64,000 nt of DNA, from the NCBI GenBank assembly GCA_002269645.1, contig NIVC01001522.1, positions 1 through 64,000 of the forward strand. Direction: 5' to 3'. The translations under genes and the position numbers were made by a program. The notes under the pieces were generated by a model. It saw only the letters and a program-made list of their open reading frames with translations. It was not told where the DNA came from and ran no database searches. The stretch's first letter is position 1. Each line of letters starts with the position of its first letter. This DNA comes from Macrostomum lignano (taxonomy: Eukaryota). Of this stretch, positions 55,960 through 64,000 are shown piece by piece.

Positions 55960-57245
55960 TTTGATGGCTGAGGGGCGATTCTTATTGATGGCTGAGGGGC
56001 GATTCTTATTGATGGCTGAGGGGCGATTCTTATTGATGGCTGAGGGGCGATTCTTATTGATGGCTGAGGGGCGATTCTTATTGATGGCTGAGGGGCGATT
56101 CTTATTGATGGCTGAGGGGCGATTCTTATTGATGGCTGAGGGGCGATTCTTATTGATGGCTGAGGGGCGATTCTTATTGATGGCTGAGGGGCGATTCTTA
56201 TTGATGGCTGAGGGGCGATTCTTATTGATGGCTGAGGGGCGATTCTTATTGATGGCTAAGGGGCGATTCTCATTGATGGCTGAGGGGCGACTCTTATTGA
56301 TGGCTGAGGGGCGATTCTTATTGATGGCTGAGTGGCGATTCTTATTGATGGCTGAGGGGCGATTCTTATTGATGGCTAAGGGGCGATTCTCATTGATGGC
56401 TAAGGGGCGATTCTTATTGATGGCTGAGGGGCGATTCTTATTGATGGCTAAGGGGCGATTCTCATTGATGGCTGAGGGGCGATTCTTATTGATGGCTAAG
56501 GGGCGATTCCTATTGATGGCTGAGGGGCGATTCTTATTGATGGCTGAGGGGCGATTCTTATTGATGGCTAAGGGGCGATTCTTTTTGATGGCTGAGGGGC
56601 GATTATCATTGATGGCTGAGGGGCGATTCTTATTGATGGCTGAGGGGCGATTCTTACTAATGGCTGAGGGGCGATTCTTATTGATGGCTGAGGGGCGATT
56701 CTTATTGATGGCTGAGGGGCGATTCTTATTGATGGCTGAGGGGCGATTCTTATGGCTGGCTGAGGGGCGATTCTTTTTTATGGCTGAGGGGCGATTATCA
56801 TTAATGGCTTAGGGGCGATTCTTATTGATGACTGAGGGGCGATTCTTATTGATGGCTGAGGGGCGATTCTTATTGATGGCTGAGGGGCGATTCTTATTGA
56901 TGGCTGAGGGGCGATTCTTATTGATGGCTGAGGGGCGATTCTCATTGATGGCTAAGGGGCGATTCTTATTGATGGCTGAGGGGCGATTCTTATTGATGGC
57001 TGAGGGGCGATTCTTATGAATGGCTGAGAGGCGATTCTTTTTGATGGCTCAGGGGCGATTATCATTAATGGCTGAGGGGCGATTCTTATTGATGGCTGAG
57101 GGGCGATTCTTATTGATGGCTGAGGGGCGATTCTTTTTTATGGCTGAGGGGCGATTATCATTAATGGCTGAGGGGCGATTCTTATTGATGGCTGAGGGGC
57201 GATTCTTATTGATGGCTGAGGGGCGATTCTTAATGGCTAAGGGGT
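55960..57245. repeat. 24-bp minisatellite between SREBP and Post2 3' ends
   Basis: (gatggctgaggggcgattcttatt)n. Confidence 0.95.
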
Positions 57246-57452
57246 GATTCTCAAAAAAAAGATTCTAATTCTAACCAATAAAACAATTTAGAACCTAACC
57301 TAAAGGAATGGCTTGATGATGCCGAGGTGATTTTAATCAGAAGACCGCTAAGCTGCGTGAAAACCAACGACAAAACTGTCTTTGCTAGCAGCTGTGCGTG
57401 GGTCAAATATTAAAAGCAGATGCGCACGAAAGCAAATTAGAGGTATAGGATG

Positions 57453-60400
57453 CTACAGGCGAGTTCCGCAGATAGCAGCAGATCCTCCGGTGAGGTCCAG
57501 TGCTGGTGCCAGTGACCCCTGCTGCTGCTGCTGCAGCTGTTCCTGCTTAACATTGACGCCGAATGCCTGGGGCGCGGTGGTGACGGCCGCGGCGTGGCAC
57601 TGCATCGACAGACGATGCAGCAGGTGCTGATGCTGCTGGTGCATCATCGTCGGAGCCGAGCTCTCCGAGGCGGCGGCGGCGGCGGCAGCTGCAGCGACTG
57701 CCGCTACAGCCGAAGAAGCTCCGGCAGCGGAGGAGCTGTCCTCGTTGTAGTCCGGATATTCGTTGCTGTTGCTGCCCGCGGCCGCGGCGGCAGACCGAGT
57801 GCCAGTCGATCTGCTTTGCAGCTTCTTGCGCTTCATTCGACGGTTTTGGAACCAAACTTTCACCTGCCCGGGAATTGCGATTGGGAAACTCGGATGGGGA
57901 TAATTTGTTAAAACTATTCATAGATGCCACTGGAATCATCTGGAAATCCCCATGAAATCTCCCTGAAATCCTTGTGAAATCTCTCTGAAATCCTTCTGAA
58001 ATCTCCCTGAAATCCTTCTGAAATCTCCCTGAAATCCTTCTGAAATCTCCCTGAAATCTCCCTGAAATCCTTCTGAAATCTCCCTGAAATCCTTCTGAAA
58101 TCCTTCTGAAATCTCTCTGAAATCCTTCTGAAATCTCCCTGAAATTCTTCTGAAATCTCCCTGAAATCCTTCTGAAATCTCCCTGAAATCCTTCTGAAAT
58201 CTCCCTGAAATCCTTCTGAAATCCTTCTGAAATCTCTCTGAAATCCTTCTGAAATCTCCCTGAAATTCTTCTGAAATCTCCCTGAAATCCTTCTGAAATC
58301 TCTCTGAAATCCTTCTGAAATCTCCCTGAAATCCTTCTGAAATCTCCCTGAAATCCTTCTGAAATCTCCCTGAAATCCTTCTGAAATCTCCCTGAAATCT
58401 CCCTGAAATCCTTCCGAAATCTCCCTGAAATCTCCCTGAAATCCTTCTGAAATCTCCCTGAAATCCTTCTGAAATCTCCCTGAAATTCTTCTGAAATCTC
58501 CCTGAAATCCTTCTGAAATCTCCCTGAAATCCTTCTGAAATCTCCCTGAAATCCTTCTGAAATCTCCCTGAAATCCTTCTGAAATCTCCCTAAAATCCTT
58601 CTGAAATCTCCCTGAAATCCTTCTGAAATCTCCCTGAAATCCTTCTGAAATCTCCCTGAAATCTCCCTGAAATCTCTCTGAAATCTCCCTGAAATCCTTC
58701 TGAAATCTCCCTGAAATCCTCCTGAAATCTCCCTGAAATCCTCCTGAAATCTCCCTGAAATCCTTCTGAAATCTCCCTGAAATTCATCTGAAATCTCCCT
58801 GAAATCCTCCTGAAATCTCCCTGAAATTCATCTGAAATCTCCCTGAAATCCTTCTGAAATCTCCCTGAAATTCATCTGAAATCTCCCTGAAATCTTCCTG
58901 AAATCTCCCTGAAATCCTCCTAAAATCTCCCTGAAATATTCCTAAGATCTCACTGAAGTCTCCCTGAAATATTCCTAAGATCTCACTGAAATATCCCTGA
59001 AGTCTCCCTGAAATATTCATAAGATCTCATTGAAATCTCCCTGACGTCTCTCTGGAATCTCTCTAAAATCTTCCCGTTATCTCTTTTAATTAAATCCCAC
59101 CGAAATCCCGATCAATCATCCGATGTGATATTAAAATCGCAAGAAATCTAAACCAACCTGTCTCTCAGTGAGATGCAGCTGGCAGGAAATCTCCCAACGT
59201 TTCTGTCGAGTAATGTAAGCATTGCTGACGAATTCCCGTTCCAGCATGGCCGTCTGGTACCTTGTGTACGGCTTGCGCTTCTTTCGGCTGCGAACTGAAC
59301 GAGGGCGAATTGAGTTTTTTTGCTTAGTGATCATACTACTGACAAGCATTGAACGATAAGTAGTATAATAGTGATATAGTAATAAATGTTTATTAGAATG
59401 AAATTCTTCAAAAGATAAGCATTCTTCCCACAGGATGGGATCTTCAATTTGAGGGGTTCTACCCACGGGATGGGATCTTCAATTTAAGGGGTTCTACCCA
59501 TAGGATGGGATCTTCAATTTGAGGGGTTCTACCCACAGGATGGGATCTTCAATTTAAGGGGTTCTACCCATAGGATGGGATCTTCAATTTAAGGGGTTCT
59601 ACCCATAGGATGGGATCTTCACTTTGAGGGGTTCTACTCATAGGATGGGATCTTCACTTTGAGGGGTTCTACCCATAAGATGGGATCTTCAATTTGAGGA
59701 TTATTCCCACAGGATGGGATTTACAATTTGAGGATTCTTTCCACAAGATGGGATCTTCAGTTTGAGGATTCTTTCCCACAGGATGGGATCTTCAATTCGA
59801 GGATTCTTCCCACAGGATGGGATCTTCAATTTGAGGATTCTTCCCACAGGATGGGATCTTCAATTTGAGGATTCTTCCCACAGGACGGATGTTCAATTTG
59901 AGGATTCTTCCCACAGGACGGATGTTCAATTTGAGGATTCTTCCCACAGGATGGGATCTTGAAATTGAATTTGAGGATTATTCAATAGTCTAATTCTAAA
60001 CTCAATCTCACTCACCTGAACTAATGCACTCGGAATCGTCTGAAGCCAGCAATTGCTGCTGCTGCTGTTGCACTGTCTCATCTTCATGCTGATGCTGGTG
60101 ATGATGGGCCGCCGCTGCCGCCGCCGCCGCTGCCGCTGCAGCAGCCGCCGCGGCAGCCGCCGCTGACGACCTGGGTGGCAGCATGATATCATGGGCCGCG
60201 GGTCCGAACATGCTGGCATAGGGATTCGATTGGTGGCTGGCTCGGCTCATGTAGAGCTCCGAGTGTCTGCTCAAATGGGAGTAACAGAATGAAGAGTAAA
60301 GTCAGGTGGAGAGTCAGAAAACAAAGAGTCGGACAGAGTGAATAGAGTTAAGCGAGATAAAAATCCCTACCTTTGCTGCTGCGAATTTGGCGAAAATCCT

Positions 60401-61077
60401 TGCAGATGTTGGTGCTGAGCCTGCTGGCTATTGTTGCTATTGCTACTGTTGTTATTGGAGAAGCCGGTCACGTGACTGAACGCAAAGTCCGCGCATTGCA
60501 TCTGGGCCATGCTGACACTGACAGACGATGGACTGGCGAATGCGGCATAGCAGCCGTGCGACGGAGGCGGCGGACTGACGGACTTAACTGGGCCTCCAAA
60601 ACCGTAATGCTGAGGATGAAGCTGGTGGTGGCCCTGGTGCAGATGCTGCTGCTGCTGCTGTTGGTGATGCATAGGAGTGTCCGTGATGCCGTAGCCATGA
60701 TGCGGCGCCGGCGGTGGTGGCCAAGTGTAGGCAGCCCGAGTGTCCTGCTGCGTTGGATAGCCGGCAAACAGGCCAGTTGGTGTAGCGTGCGACTCCATCA
60801 CGGCCATTGTTTTCCAATAATTATTGTTTTTCCAGCTATTAATTGTATAATCGTAGTAATATCTATTGTTATTCGTGTCTGCTGAATGCTCTTCTTTGTC
60901 GCTTGAAGTTGTTGATACTGCAGAATTGGTGTTATCGGTTTCGCTATTCCGAACCTGTGAATAGTCATAGTCATGATCATAATAGTACTCATAGTTGCAC
61001 CTGTCCGCGGCGTACTGTCGTCGATTGAAACTGTCCTGTTGTTGTACTTCCGATAAGGCTTGGCTAGCTTTCTGCAT
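57453..61077 (-). CDS. Post2: Posterior Hox protein Post2, 4 exons
   Basis: Exons 61077-60371, 60266-60016, 59294-59158, 57863-57453, phase-compatible. Homeodomain RKKRKPYTRYQTAMLEREFVSNAYITRQKRWEISCQLHLTERQ|VKVWFQNRRMKRKKL carries the spiralian Post2 signature. Confidence 0.93.
57950..59070. repeat. 22-bp minisatellite in the Post2 homeobox intron
   Basis: (ctgaaatctccctgaaatcctt)n. Confidence 0.95.
59420..59960. repeat. 34-35-bp minisatellite in Post2 intron 2
   Basis: cccacaggatgggatcttcaatttgaggattctt units. Confidence 0.9.
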
Positions 61078-62619
61078 TCTCAATATTTATCTTATCTTGG
61101 CTTAAATGAATATTAAATATTATCAAACTGATCCTTCGTAGATAACGATCACGATAGAAAGCTAATATAGATTTCCAGTGAAATGATTAAAATTTACAGC
61201 TTAATAGGTTTGCAATTGACTTTATCTTTTTTAAACTTCTTGCAATAACAAGGCCCTACTATTTTAGAACTGTGGTTCTATTTTAGATTCTCCCCCCCCC
61301 CGGCTGTACTAATATAAGGCTCGGTTTTGGGTGGGTGTAGATGTGGGGCTGGATTGTCTGGGCTTTGATTGGGGTTGGAGGTTACGCGTCTGGGAGGGGT
61401 CTGGCTGGCTGGAGAGGGAAGGAAATTCGACCGCGTTTGGCCTTTCCTTAGTCGTAAACAACGCAACCACCCTTTTAAGCGGGCAATCGATCGACCTTGA
61501 ACTTTCCTCAAAACCTTCCTCTAATCTTATTTAATTTAAGACTTATTTAAGTCTCAGTTAATTACAAACCCAATTAAGCCAAAGCAAGGCCCGTTACAAT
61601 TCAAGTAAGCTAAATAGAATGAATTAAGTTATACTCTTATTAGCTGAATAGTTTTTGAAGCCGTTTAATTGTTTTGAAAGTATATGTTTTTTAAATTAAA
61701 ACTACGAAATAAATAGCTACTGAATATTTATTTTTAAAGTCCAAAGTGCAAAAATATAACGCTTCATTTAACACTATGCGACAAACTTTGGCAAATTTTC
61801 CTGTGGTCGTAACATGCTACTTTATTGCAGTAGAGTAGTACGATTTATACAACAGTTTCACCTTGAAAGTCTCGGCGGAAAATCCAAGGCTTTTGGGATT
61901 TCTTTTCTTGGGGGATGAGACCGGGGAGGGCAGAAAAGGGAATAGATAGGATGGGATGGAGAGAACGCTGCGCAGCTGGCATAGGGTAATAAATGCGGCA
62001 TTAAAAATACTGGCTGCGCAGCGCAGGGCTCCGTATGCCGGGCCATTTCAGCCTTCCCAACCCCCCAAGCCGGAGGTTCGTCCCACCGAACGACATTTTG
62101 CGCGCGAGGCGGTCGTAAAAACATTTCTGCCTTTTCTGCTTTCGCAGCTTTTCTTAGAGCAGGGCCATGCAGGGGCCTCTCTGCTTCTAGGGGAGATATG
62201 GAGAGCTAGCGAGTCGCGATGAAGTCAGGGAAGAGTTGCGGAACGGAAGAGATAGGGGAGGAAGTGAGGGAGACTTCCTCTTTCCGCAGTTTGGGATTAA
62301 TTCCCCCTCTCTCAAGAAGAAGCGAAGGAATTGGGTCTTTCTGACATTTTTGCAGCGCCGATTATTCATGATTTTCAAACTTCCATACGGTTCAATCTTT
62401 TTCATCGGTTGCTTGAAGTTGAAGATTTCTCCGTTTGTCAATTCGATTAAACCTATTTTTATGCAATAAGCTATTTGACAGATTAGATAGAGTGAAATTG
62501 TATTTATAACAGTGATTAGGTTGCAATAGCAAGTCAAAATTAGGAGACGACCAAGCCTTAAGTTCAGTTGAACCCATGAACTCTTTACAAGCGGACTCAC
62601 AGTGTGAGCTGACCAGCTG

Positions 62620-64000
62620 CGGTCTCCCTTTTGACTTGACCCCCCCCCTGGGTCCTAACTTTGAGTTGACCCTCCGGTCTCCCTTTTGACTTGACCCCCC
62701 CCCTGGGTCCTAACTTTGAGTTGACCCCGGTCTCCCTTTTGACTTAACCCCCCCCCCTGGGTCCTAACTTTGAGTTGACCCTCCGGTCTCCCTTTTGACT
62801 TGACCCCCCCCTGGGTCCTAACTTTGAGTTGACCCCGGTCTCCCTTTTGACTTAACCCCCCCCTGGGTCCTAACTTTGAGTTGACCCCGGTCTCCCTTTT
62901 GACTTAACCCCCCCCCTGGGTCCTAACTTTGAGTTGACCCTCCGGTCTCCCTTTTGACTTGACCCCCCCTGGGTCCTAACTTTGAGTTGACCCCGGTCTC
63001 CCTTTTGACTTAACCCCCCCCCCCCCTGGGTCCTAACTTTGAGTTGACCCTCCGGTCTCCCTTTTGACTTAACCCCCCCCCCCTGGGTCCTAACTTTGAG
63101 TTGACCCTCCGGTCTCCCTTTTGACTTAACCCCCCCCCCCTGTGTCCTAACTTTGAGTTGACCCTCCGGTCTCCCTTTTGACTTGACCCCCCCTCTGCGT
63201 CCTAACTTTGAGTTGACCCTCCGGTCTCCCTTTTGACTTGACCCCCCCTCTGCGTCCTAACTTTGAGTTGACCCTCCGGTCTCCCTTTTGACTTGACCCC
63301 CTCCCTGTGTCCTAATTTTGAGTTGACCCTCCGGTCTCCCTTTTGACTTGACCCCCCCCTCTGCGTCCTAACTTTGAGTTGACCCTCCGGTCTCCCTTTT
63401 GACTTGACCCCCCCCCTCTGCGTCCTAACTTTGAGTTGACCCTCCGGTCTCCCTTTTGACTTGACCCCCCCCTCTGCGTCCTAACTTTGAGTTGACCCTC
63501 CGGTCTCCCTTTTGACTTGACCCCCCTCTGCGTCCTAACTTTGAGTTGACCCTCCGGTCTCCCTTTTGACTTGACCCCCTCCCTGTGTCCTAATTTTGAG
63601 TTGACCCTCCGGTCTCCCTTTTGACTTGACCCCCCCTCTGCGTCCTAACTTTGAGTTGACCCTCCGGTCTCCCTTTTGACTTGACCCCCTCCCTGTGTCC
63701 TAATTTTGAGTTGACCCTCCGGTCTCCCTTTTGACTTGACCCCCCCCTCTGCGTCCTAACTTTGAGTTGACCCTCCGGTCTCCCTTTTGACTTGACCCCC
63801 TCCCTGTGTCCTAATTTTGAGTTGACCCTCCGGTCTCCCTTTTGACTTGACCACCCCCTCTGCGTCCTAACTTTGAGTTGACCCTCCGGTCTCCCTTTTG
63901 ACTTGACCCCCCCCTCTTCGTCCTAACTTTGAGTTGACCCTCCGGTCTCCCTTTTGACTTGACCCCCATCTGTCCTAACTTTTCTTTTAGTTGACCCTCT
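62620..64000. repeat. ~47-50-bp satellite running off the window end
   Basis: ccctccggtctcccttttgacttgaccccccctctgcgtcctaactttgagttga units, with variable C-run length. Confidence 0.95.

Noticed and set aside
55919-57247. ORFs of (MAEGRFLL)n
   Set aside because: Translation of a 24-bp minisatellite. Stops interrupt it and there are no splice signals or unique coding sequence.

Overview
Eukaryotic (metazoan) genomic DNA with GT-AG introns and heavy minisatellite content. Intron style, GC-rich exons and a Post2 Hox gene suggest a spiralian, most plausibly a free-living flatworm such as Macrostomum (inference). I assembled these spliced genes by hand: a frameshifted class A GPCR, an intronless Na+/H+ exchanger, OSTF1 (-), CEP78 (+), sideroflexin-5 (+), a secreted PAN-like plus ALK/LTK-type glycine-rich protein (+), SREBP (+) and posterior Hox Post2 (-). 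The main discovery is absent from the ORF track. A ~150-bp 'tandem repeat' at 34.5-35.6 kb is an array of symmetric 42-51 nt phase-1 micro-exons. They belong to a 10-exon gene (35919..34475, -) encoding a 167-aa signal-peptide-bearing, Pro/Gly-rich repeat protein, architecturally like schistosome micro-exon genes. It appears to sit in a decayed ~8-kb tandem duplication bounded by (TTAG)n arrays. The window also holds a tRNA-headed CORE-like SINE (two copies), a MITE and a Gypsy gag remnant. Most long ORFs in the track are minisatellite artefacts. All family assignments come from recalled motifs; no searches were run.
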